From an uncultured Candidatus Saccharibacteria bacterium (GTDB taxonomy: Bacteria > Patescibacteriota > Minisyncoccia > Phycocordibacterales > UBA6065): DNA of 64,000 nucleotides. The notes beneath the pieces were generated by a model. It did not search any database and had not been told where the DNA came from. It saw only the letters and a program-made list of their open reading frames with translations. Position 1 is the first letter of the stretch. The number at the start of each line of letters is the position of its first letter. The stretch is from assembly GCA_964368835.1 (NCBI GenBank), contig CAYJCZ010000003.1, forward strand, positions 64,153-128,152, written 5' to 3'. The translations under genes and the position numbers were made by a program. Positions 56,246-64,000 of this stretch are shown piece after piece.

Positions 56246-58954
56246 TTAGCTTACTTTCTCTGCTTCCATTTCTTCGCCGAATGCTTTGATAGGTACAAGC
56301 TTCTTACCTTTCTTTACATCAAACGTAAACTCACCATTTTTTACCCCTACAGAGATTGCACCACCCTTTCCAACACCTTGCGAGATCATAAATCCTGCGA
56401 CCGGTGTAAGAATCTTTTCCTGAATGAGTCGCTTGAGCGGTCGAGCTCCGTATTGTGGGTTGTATCCTTCTTTTGCGAGATACTCGAGGACATTTGTAGC
56501 GATTTCAAGCTTTATTTCCTTATCCTCAAGGCGCTTAATAACTTGATTAACCTGAATCTTAACAATCTCCCCGATTGATTCCTGTGACAAGACATCAAAG
56601 AGGATAATTGAATCAAGACGGTTGAGAAATTCTGGTCGGAAATAGTCTTTGAGGCTTTCCATGACCTTTCCTTTCACATCATTATATTTTGACTTGTCAG
56701 TTGAATCAGAGGTGAATCCAATCTTCTCCATCTTGTCGATGTATTGAGCTCCAATGTTTGAAGTAAGGATTATGACGGTATTTTTAAAGTTCACTACACG
56801 TCCCTTGGTATCGGTAAGACGACCGTTATCAAGAACCTGAAGCAAAATGTTGAATACTTCTGGATGTGCCTTTTCGATTTCGTCAAAAAGTATAACTGAA
56901 TATGGTCGATGTCGAACCATCTCGGTGAGCGCTCCGCCTTCTTCATATCCTACATACCCTGGAGGTGCACCAATAAGCTTTGATGTCGAATGCTTCTCCA
57001 TAAATTCAGACATGTCGACACGGATAAGAGCTTTGTCGTCGTTAAACATAAATTCCGCCAAAGCTTTTGTAAGCTCTGTCTTTCCAACACCGGTTGGTCC
57101 AAGGAAAAGAAATGATCCAATAGGTCTCTGTGGATCAGCAATACCAGCGCGAGCTCGACGTACAGTGTCAGCAATCTTTTTCACCGCCTCAAGCTGACCG
57201 ACAACACGTTTTGAAAGCTCTTCTTCCATACGCATAAGTTTTGACGCCTCCTCCTCAAGCATTCGAGAAACAGGAATTCCTGTCCACTTTGAGACAACAT
57301 CGGCGATATCCTGCTCATTAATTTCTTCTTTGAGAATACGTCGAGATGATTGAAGTTTCTTAAGCTTTTTGAGTCTTGTATCGAGATCGCGTTCAAGAGC
57401 AGGAATTTTGCCATAGCGAATTTCCGCAGCTTTTGAAAGTTCAGCCTTAAGTTCTGCAGCCTCAGCCTCAAGACGTAATTTTTCGAGATCTTTTTTATTT
57501 GCCTTGATACCTGTCAAAAGTTCACGCTCACTCTTCCATTTGATCTCAAGTTCGCTCGTCTTTTCCTTGTGATCGGCAATTTCTTTCTCGATTATTTTAA
57601 TGCGAGCTTTTGGTGCCTTTGCTTCGGTTTTTTCATCCTTTGTAGATTCGATTTCTTTGCGCAAAGCCTCACGCTCTATTTCTAGGCGCATTATTTTGCG
57701 GTGAGTTTCTTCGAGAAGTGGCGGCTTTGATTCAAGCGAAATTTTAAGTGCAGACGCAGCCTCATCAATAAGGTCAACGGTTTTATCTGGCAAGAAACGA
57801 TCTGAAATGTACCTTGATGAAAGATTTACAGCGGCAACAATTGCATCGTCAGTGATTCTCACACCGTGATAGAGCTCGTACTTTTCTTTGAGTCCTCGAA
57901 GAATTGCTATCGCATCCTCAATTGAAGGCTCCGCAACATGCACAGGCTGGAAACGTCGTGTAAGCGCTGGATCCTTTTCAATATGCTTTTGATATTCCTT
58001 GAGAGTCGTTGCTCCAATTGCGCGGAGTTCACCTCGAGCCAAAGCAGGCTTGAGCATGTTAGAAGCGTCCATCGAACCTTCCGCAGCACCTGCACCCACA
58101 ATTGTGTGGATTTCGTCGATAAAGAGAATGACCTTTCCTTCTGATCGCTCAATCTCTTTCATAATATTTTTAAGTCGCTCTTCGAATTCACCGCGATACT
58201 TTGTTCCGGCAACAAGAAGACCAAGATCAAGAAGCACAAGCTCTTTATCTTTAAGAGATTCTGGCACGTCGCCTTGAGCCATACGAAGCGCAAGACCTTC
58301 GACAATAGCCGTCTTTCCTACTCCTGCTTCACCTATAAGAATTGGATTATTCTTTGTTCGTCTTGAAAGAATCTGAATGATTCGGGTGATTTCTTGGTCG
58401 CGGCCAATTACAGGATCGAGTTTATTTTCGCTTGCGAGTTTGGTGAGGCTTTTTGTGTACTTCAAAAGCGCACGAGGCTTCTTTGAAGTTGTATGCTCGG
58501 TTGTTTTTGCTGATCGTAGCTCTTCGAGCACGCGCAACACATTCTGTTTATTTATTTTAAATTTAGAAAGAATTTCTACTGCAGGTGACGGGACTTCGAG
58601 AAGCGCGATAAAGAGGTGCTCGGTTGAAATGAATTCATCTTTAAGAACTGCAGCAACTTTTGCAGAATTTTCCATTGCCTGAGCTAGCTCTGGTGTAAGG
58701 TAAAGCTGATACGACTGTGAAAGTGTCGCCCCTGTTCCGGCGCCCTCTATTGATTCTGCAATCGAATCAGAAAGAAGGATTATATCGACTTCGAGTTTCT
58801 CTAAAATTGCGGTAACAATCGACTCTTCCTGAAGGATAAGAGCAGAGAGCATGTGAAGCGGATTCACATGGTTCTGACCTCGCTCTATCGCAAGCTCGTG
58901 TGCCCTGCGAATCGCCTCCTTTGCTTTTGTGGTGAAATGGCTAATTGGTGGCAT
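56246..58954 (-). CDS. clpB: ClpB-type AAA+ chaperone (Clp N-domain, two nucleotide-binding domains and a long coiled-coil middle domain)
   Basis: Two Walker A motifs ([16 protein letters not shown]) and a ~120 aa coiled-coil insert between the nucleotide-binding domains. Confidence 0.9.
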   Translation of the reverse strand: MPPISHFTTKAKEAIRRAHELAIERGQNHVNPLHMLSALILQEESIVTAILEKLEVDIILLSDSIAESIEGAGTGATLSQSYQLYLTPELAQAMENSAKVAAVLKDEFISTEHLFIALLEVPSPAVEILSKFKINKQNVLRVLEELRSAKTTEHTTSKKPRALLKYTKSLTKLASENKLDPVIGRDQEITRIIQILSRRTKNNPILIGEAGVGKTAIVEGLALRMAQGDVPESLKDKELVLLDLGLLVAGTKYRGEFEERLKNIMKEIERSEGKVILFIDEIHTIVGAGAAEGSMDASNMLKPALARGELRAIGATTLKEYQKHIEKDPALTRRFQPVHVAEPSIEDAIAILRGLKEKYELYHGVRITDDAIVAAVNLSSRYISDRFLPDKTVDLIDEAASALKISLESKPPLLEETHRKIMRLEIEREALRKEIESTKDEKTEAKAPKARIKIIEKEIADHKEKTSELEIKWKSERELLTGIKANKKDLEKLRLEAEAAELKAELSKAAEIRYGKIPALERDLDTRLKKLKKLQSSRRILKEEINEQDIADVVSKWTGIPVSRMLEEEASKLMRMEEELSKRVVGQLEAVKKIADTVRRARAGIADPQRPIGSFLFLGPTGVGKTELTKALAEFMFNDDKALIRVDMSEFMEKHSTSKLIGAPPGYVGYEEGGALTEMVRHRPYSVILFDEIEKAHPEVFNILLQVLDNGRLTDTKGRVVNFKNTVIILTSNIGAQYIDKMEKIGFTSDSTDKSKYNDVKGKVMESLKDYFRPEFLNRLDSIILFDVLSQESIGEIVKIQVNQVIKRLEDKEIKLEIATNVLEYLAKEGYNPQYGARPLKRLIQEKILTPVAGFMISQGVGKGGAISVGVKNGEFTFDVKKGKKLVPIKAFGEEMEAEKVS

Positions 58955-59035
58955 ATTTGGTTGAGATTAAGGGAGTAAAGGGTATTTCTGGATGTGAGCA
59001 TAGTATATCACTCACGATTAGAATCAAGATAGGTT

Positions 59036-60214
59036 TTATGGAAGGTTTTTAAGATGATTCATAATAGTATCTACGTCTCTTTTAGTAGCATCGGGTGCAC
59101 ATGAGAATCTGAGAGTGTTTTTTGATCGCCAGCTGTCGCCACCAAGAGTTTTGACTACATATGACTCTTGTTCGCCCTTTAAGCACGAGCTCTTGGTTGA
59201 ACATGCTATACCCTGCTTGTCGAGATAAAGAACTGCCATTTCGGGATCGGTGATTTTTGGAAGTGAAATGTTTACGTTGTTCGGAAGTCGTTTGTCTGTC
59301 GAACCATTAATAATTCCCTTTGGAAATTGTTTTGAAAATTGGGAAAAGAAATAGTCGCGGATAGTGGCCGCGCGCGAAGCGCGCGGCCCTCTGCCTTCCT
59401 GTGCAATCTCAAGTGCCTTCGCAAATCCCGCCACCAGTTCAAGCGACTCGGTCGTTGGACGCTTATTTCTCTCCTGTCCTCCACCTACCATAAGCGGCTC
59501 CCAAGAAACGTGACGGCGAGCTATGAGCGCGCCGACGCCCTTCGGGCCCTGCATTTTATGCGCATCAAGCGTGATGGCGTCGGCGCGCATTCCCTCCACC
59601 TCACACGAAAGCCAGAGCGGAGCCTGCGAAGCATCCACATGAAATACTGGAAAATCCTGATCTGTCTTTCCAACTTTTTCAGCTCGAATTTTGCGAACAC
59701 CAGCTCCAATCTTTGAAACAGGATTAATCGTACCTATCTCATTGTTTGCATACATTACCGTCACCAAAGCTGTGTGCGGATTGATTGCAGTGAGCACGTC
59801 CTCAGCCTGCACGATTCCATTTTTATCAGGACTTACATACGTAACCTTTACTCCATGCTTTTCAAAAACTTTCAGTGTTTCAAGTATTGACGAATGCTCG
59901 ATTGATGAAGCCACCACGTGGACATCTCGCACCCCTTTTTCAAGCTGCGTACGCAAAACACCCTGAATGATTGTTGTGTTCGATTCAGTGCCGCCGGAAG
60001 TAAAATACACTTCCTCAGGTTTTACGCCCAAAAGCCGCGCTGTTTTTCCGCGCGCTTCATCGAGGGCCTTTTTTGCAAGAACCCCCTCTTTATAGATAGA
60101 CGAAGGATTTGCCCAGTTCTTACGCGCTTTTTCCATAGCCCAAAGCACCTTTGGATGAACTGGTGTAGTAGCTGCCCAATCGGCGTATATGCGTTTTGCC
60201 CTAAAAAATGACAT
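59036..60214 (-). CDS. cysteine desulfurase (class V aminotransferase, IscS/NifS family)
   Basis: PLP-lysine region (DAHKMQGPKG) and a catalytic Cys near the C-terminus (SCLKGE). Confidence 0.85.
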   Translation of the reverse strand: MSFFRAKRIYADWAATTPVHPKVLWAMEKARKNWANPSSIYKEGVLAKKALDEARGKTARLLGVKPEEVYFTSGGTESNTTIIQGVLRTQLEKGVRDVHVVASSIEHSSILETLKVFEKHGVKVTYVSPDKNGIVQAEDVLTAINPHTALVTVMYANNEIGTINPVSKIGAGVRKIRAEKVGKTDQDFPVFHVDASQAPLWLSCEVEGMRADAITLDAHKMQGPKGVGALIARRHVSWEPLMVGGGQERNKRPTTESLELVAGFAKALEIAQEGRGPRASRAATIRDYFFSQFSKQFPKGIINGSTDKRLPNNVNISLPKITDPEMAVLYLDKQGIACSTKSSCLKGEQESYVVKTLGGDSWRSKNTLRFSCAPDATKRDVDTIMNHLKNLP

Positions 60215-60312
60215 GTATTCATACTATGCAAAAAGCGCCTTAAAAACAATTTATGTAAAACAAAACCGCAGGGCGAACCATGCGGTTGTGGTATGAGATT
60301 TTAATCCAGTAC

Positions 60313-60717
60313 TCAGGACCCAGCTTGGGCAGACTTTTCAATGTTGGCCAACATCTCGTGTAGATCCGTGCTTTGCTTCGCCTGAAACTCTTCAACTTGT
60401 TTGAAGATTTCAATCAATTGATGCCGTACGGCCCGCAAGAGACCTCGAGGATTTCTGATCTCATGGCCCATGCAAAACATTGTGAAAAAGATTTCTACAC
60501 TACGACCCTCTTTGGAAAAAGGTCGTGTGTATAATGAATGACCGCCAAAGTGGTCTCTTATCACACGAACAAAATAGGTGAAATCGAAATTCCGAGTGTA
60601 GGGCATTTCAATTCTGAATGCGACTGCCCGATCAGAATCTACTCCATAAATATGAAGTAACCCGTGCTCAGTAAACGAGATGGTGTTTATACTCATCTTA
60701 ATATCTAGAACGAACAA
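60313..60717 (-). CDS. hypothetical protein (134 aa)
   Basis: ORF only. Confidence 0.45.
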   Translation of the reverse strand: MFVLDIKMSINTISFTEHGLLHIYGVDSDRAVAFRIEMPYTRNFDFTYFVRVIRDHFGGHSLYTRPFSKEGRSVEIFFTMFCMGHEIRNPRGLLRAVRHQLIEIFKQVEEFQAKQSTDLHEMLANIEKSAQAGS

Positions 60718-60881
60718 GTGGAATGTTTTGAGAGCTCCACAATTAGCTCAAGAGGAAATTGCTCCTCTACTAACCGGTCTGTACCATACATTAAAATACA
60801 CCATTATGTCAAGCCAGCTTCACAATTCTTGCAGGTCCCTCCAAATTGCCTTTCTTCCCTTTTAGAGCTAGTATGTAAGCC

Positions 60882-61358
60882 ATGATTCTTGACTCGAACA
60901 TTCTTATCGGTGCTTTGGCGATCCTTGTACTTATCCTTATCGCCGACGTCTTCTGCCTCAGGTGGAAGGTTCGAAAGCTTCTCCGAGGCAAGAATAATGA
61001 GAATCTTGGAGATGCCCTCAAAGTTATCGACAAAGATTTGAAGGAAATGGCAAGTTTCAAAGGTGAGATGGAGAAGTATCTCCTTAACCTTGAAAAGCGA
61101 GTGCGCCGATCAACACAATCTACAGAAACCGTCCGATTCAACGCATTTCGCGGCGACTCTACCGGTGGTTATCAAAGTTTTGCGACCGCATTCTTAAACG
61201 AAGACGGCGATGGAGCTTTGATCTCTAGCCTCTACTCTCGAGAACGAGTTTCTGTTTTTGCAAAGCCAATCACAAAATTCAATCCAGAAATTGAATTATC
61301 AGAAGAGGAAAAAACAGCGCTTGCAAAAGCGAAAGAGAAACTCGGGACCAAAGCATAG
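60882..61358 (+). CDS. DUF4446-like protein with an N-terminal TM segment
   Basis: 158 aa. N-terminal TM helix, then a coiled-coil. Confidence 0.55.
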   Translation: MILDSNILIGALAILVLILIADVFCLRWKVRKLLRGKNNENLGDALKVIDKDLKEMASFKGEMEKYLLNLEKRVRRSTQSTETVRFNAFRGDSTGGYQSFATAFLNEDGDGALISSLYSRERVSVFAKPITKFNPEIELSEEEKTALAKAKEKLGTKA

Positions 61359-61390
61359 ACGACTCCAATGACGGCTTTTATACACTCACA

Positions 61391-62923
61391 ATGGCAGGAA
61401 AAAAATCTAAAGCAGAAAATCGCGGTACTGCCGGCGCTACAACAAAGCGCCCTCCTGTCGTATCTATTTTGGGTCACATCGACCACGGAAAATCGACTCT
61501 TCTCGACTATATTCGAAAATCAAACATCGTAGACAAAGAAGCTGGCGGTATCACTCAGGCAATTTCTGCATACGAGGTTGAACGTACAAGCGGTGGAAAG
61601 ACCGAGAAAATTACTTTTATAGACACACCTGGTCACGAAGCATTCTCTGGCATGCGCGAACGAGGTGCAACGACCGCCGATATCGCTATTCTCGTTGTCT
61701 CAGCTGAAGACGGCGTTAAGAAGCAGACTATCGAGGCATACAAGGAAATCGAAAAGGCAAAGGTTCCTTTTATTGTTGCTATAAACAAAATCGACAAACC
61801 AGCAGCCAATGTCGAGAAAACCAAAATTTCACTTGCTGAAGTCGGCATTTACCTCGAAGGCTACGGCGGAAACATTTCATACACGGCAATCTCTGCAAAA
61901 ACTGGCCAGGGCGTTGATGAGCTTCTTGACCTCATCCTCCTTACTGCCGAAGTAGCAGACCTTAAGGGTACTCCATCAAAGCTTGCTGAAGGTGCCATCA
62001 TCGAAGCCGACCGCGATCCAAAGAAAGGTATCTCTGCAATACTTGTGATCAAAGACGGTTCTATTGGCCCGGGCATGTTCATTGCTTCAGGTACCGCATT
62101 CTCCCCTACCCGTATTATCGAAAACCATGCAGGCAAGAAAATTACCGAAGCGTCATTTTCATCTCCTGTCCGCATCGTAGGTTGGAACAAGGCACCTCAT
62201 GTCGGTAGCATCTTTACTACCTTTGAATCAAAAAAGGAGCTTGAAGAATACCTTGAAGAAGCAAAAATAAACGAGTCAAAGCCAAAATCACAATCAAAAC
62301 CTGAAGCGGCATCTGACAAAACAGTTCTCCCTATCATTATCAAGGCAGATGTCTTGGGATCTGTAGAAGCCATTGAGCACGAAATAAAGAAAATCCAGAG
62401 CGAACGCGTACTCGTGAAAGTTATTTACGCATCTATTGGTGACATTACTGAGTCTGACGTCAAAGTCGGCGGCGGTGACTCTCAGACGGTGATCGTAGGC
62501 TTTAATGTAAAGATCGATAGTCAGGCAAAGGCAATGATCGAGCGATTGGGTGTCTTGAGCGCGAATTTTGACATCATCTACAAGCTCGTAGAGTGGATCC
62601 AAGCTCGAGTTGTTGAACGAACACCGAAAATTGAAGTCGAAGAAGTTGCAGGTAAAGCAAAAATCCTCAAATTCTTTAGCCGAACAAGAGACAAGCAGAT
62701 TGTTGGAGGTAAAGTAATCGACCGCGAGATTAAACTTGGTCACCGAGTCAAAATCTGTCGACGAGAGACAGTGATCGGTGAAGGAGTTATTCGTGAACTT
62801 CAGCAAACAAAGCTTAAAACTGATTCAGTCCAGGAAGGATTTGAATTCGGTGCGATGATCGACTCAAAGATGGAACTTGCCCCTGGAGATGTCATTGAAG
62901 ACGTAGTTATGGTAGAAAAGTAA
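61391..62923 (+). CDS. infB: translation initiation factor IF-2 (short form)
   Basis: G-domain motifs GHIDHGKST, DTPGH, NKID, then the C-terminal beta-barrels. 510 aa without an N-terminal extension. Confidence 0.9.
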   Translation: MAGKKSKAENRGTAGATTKRPPVVSILGHIDHGKSTLLDYIRKSNIVDKEAGGITQAISAYEVERTSGGKTEKITFIDTPGHEAFSGMRERGATTADIAILVVSAEDGVKKQTIEAYKEIEKAKVPFIVAINKIDKPAANVEKTKISLAEVGIYLEGYGGNISYTAISAKTGQGVDELLDLILLTAEVADLKGTPSKLAEGAIIEADRDPKKGISAILVIKDGSIGPGMFIASGTAFSPTRIIENHAGKKITEASFSSPVRIVGWNKAPHVGSIFTTFESKKELEEYLEEAKINESKPKSQSKPEAASDKTVLPIIIKADVLGSVEAIEHEIKKIQSERVLVKVIYASIGDITESDVKVGGGDSQTVIVGFNVKIDSQAKAMIERLGVLSANFDIIYKLVEWIQARVVERTPKIEVEEVAGKAKILKFFSRTRDKQIVGGKVIDREIKLGHRVKICRRETVIGEGVIRELQQTKLKTDSVQEGFEFGAMIDSKMELAPGDVIEDVVMVEK

Positions 62924-62924
62924 T

Positions 62925-63248
62925 ATGTCTACGTATAAACAAGAACGATTTGAGGAAATATTGAGGGGCTGTGCGGCTGAATTTCTCGCCCTAGAGTCTA
63001 ACCGTACATCTATGATCACGGTTACTCATGTAAAGACAAATGATCACGGCAATACTGCTACTATCTATATAACTGTGTTTCCGGAAAATCAGGAGGAGGC
63101 TGCAGTCGATTTTCTCAAGCGAAAACGATCAGATTTCAGAGCATACGTAAAATATAATGCACGTCTCATGAAAATCCCCTTCTTTGATTTTGAAATCGAT
63201 CGAGGTGAGAAAGCGCGTCAGAAAATTGATGCAAGTTTAGCAAGATAA
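62925..63248 (+). CDS. rbfA: ribosome-binding factor A
   Basis: 107 aa directly downstream of infB (the conserved infB-rbfA arrangement). KH-like RbfA fold motifs. Confidence 0.8.
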   Translation: MSTYKQERFEEILRGCAAEFLALESNRTSMITVTHVKTNDHGNTATIYITVFPENQEEAAVDFLKRKRSDFRAYVKYNARLMKIPFFDFEIDRGEKARQKIDASLAR

Positions 63249-63303
63249 GTGCTTTGTACTTTAGGTAAGATAGCCTATACTAAAATTCATCGGTACATAC
63301 GTC

Positions 63304-63375
63304 GGCCACGTAGAAAAGTGGTAATTCGGAGATCTGCAAAATCTCTATGCGCGAGTTCGATTCTCGCCGTGGCCT
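63304..63375 (+). tRNA. tRNA-Cys (anticodon GCA)
   Basis: Acceptor stem ggccacg/cgtggcc, discriminator U, anticodon loop cuGCAaa. Confidence 0.8.
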
Positions 63376-63400
63376 CAAGAAACGCACAGGTGTTTCTCGC

Positions 63401-63488
63401 GCCCAGGTGGCGGAATTGGTAGACGCAGAGGACTTAAAATCCTTCGCTCCTTAATCGGGGCATGTGGGTTCGATTCCCACCTTGGGCA
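63401..63488 (+). tRNA. tRNA-Leu (anticodon TAA), long variable arm
   Basis: Acceptor stem gcccagg/cttgggc, anticodon loop cuUAAaa, long variable arm. Confidence 0.8.
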
Positions 63489-63541
63489 CAAAAATTGCTA
63501 ATTGACTGATTTTCTGTTACATTTTCGAAGCAATTTAATAT

Positions 63542-63614
63542 CCGCCCTTAGCTCAGTTGGTAGAGCAGATCCCTCTTAAGGATAAGGTCGTAGGTTCGAT
63601 CCCTACAGGGCGGA
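63542..63614 (+). tRNA. tRNA-Lys (anticodon CTT)
   Basis: Acceptor stem ccgccct/agggcgg (C1-G72), D-arm gctcagttggtagagc, anticodon loop cuCUUaa, T-loop ttcgatc. The exact ends are less certain. Confidence 0.6.
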
Positions 63615-63628
63615 CAAAATACAGAACA

Positions 63629-63651
63629 ACCTGCCCTGCGGCAGGTTTTCT
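63629..63651 (+). terminator. rho-independent terminator after the tRNA cluster
   Basis: aacctgccctgcggcaggtttt. Confidence 0.65.
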
Positions 63652-64000
63652 GATTTTGTTCGAGCCGCAGCTATATCGCGAGCTTCGAGCGATTGCGAGG
63701 CGGGGTCGCGGAATTTGCGAGCGACGGCGAGCAAATATCCGTGACGACAAGTGAAAAAGCCCTTGCACTGCAAGGACTTTTTCGTTGGAGGTCTACAGGA
63801 CGTAGAACCTCCCAAGAAACTAATATTGACTAAAGAATTTTTGTAATGTACAAAGTAACAGGTTATTTGTATTTCCATCAAGGATTGTCATAAATGCGTA
63901 TCGCCATACGGACAAAGTCTCGTAACCACGAGTCGAATACAAGTAAGCAGCTGTTCAATGAAATACCTAGTACGCGTAACGGTAGTTAACTTCTTAGGGC

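Noticed and set aside
63786-64000. Possible rRNA operon leader or promoter (TTGACT...TAATGT) at the window end
   Set aside because: No rRNA sequence falls within the window. It cannot be supported from what is visible.

Overview
The window is AT-rich (~40% GC) and looks like a reduced, CPR/Patescibacteria-type genome. DnaX and IF-2 are short forms, there are many small ORFs, and at least one promoter is placed for leaderless translation. The organism assignment is inference from these traits, not a search result. The content falls into four blocks.

- **Core block 1 (1–10.9 kb)**: a UvrD-like helicase-nuclease, DoxX, an AI-2E transporter, TrhO, an orphan OmpR-type response regulator, a glyoxalase-fold protein, an inositol monophosphatase and tRNA-Gln.
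- **Accessory region (10.9–22.7 kb)**: two nucleotide-metabolism modules, HD + APH-like kinase + NUDIX + TrmB on the left and NUDIX + APH-like kinase on the right. Each starts with the same extended -10 promoter placed for a leaderless mRNA. Between them lies a ~6 kb unit that is the most unusual thing in the window: one strong sigma70-like promoter, a structured leader, nine type III hammerhead ribozymes in tandem on the + strand, two families of conserved structured RNA modules downstream of them, seven small and partly GC-rich cargo ORFs, and a terminator.
- **Prophage-like island (22.7–32.7 kb)**: a large serine recombinase, terminase large subunit, an HTH protein, a ParB-methyltransferase fusion, a LexA-like S24 repressor, an MBL-fold protein, an M23 peptidase and two candidate holins. 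No virion structural genes are visible.
- **Cassette-like array (32.9–40.8 kb)**: small, same-strand accessory genes (pentapeptide repeat, SMR-like transporter, isochorismatase, glyoxalase-fold proteins, CysE) punctuated by a ~20–25 nt motif present at least eight times.
- **Core block 2 (40.8–64 kb)**: dnaX, dus, an FtsQ-like protein, serS, dprA, topA, parB, miaA, rarA, rpmG, alr, clpB, a cysteine desulfurase, infB, rbfA and seven further tRNAs.

Candidate non-coding RNAs are a ~600 nt ORF-free structured region at 42.6–43.3 kb that ends in a minus-strand terminator just upstream of a gene, and a promoter-to-terminator minus-strand unit at 14.4–14.8 kb.
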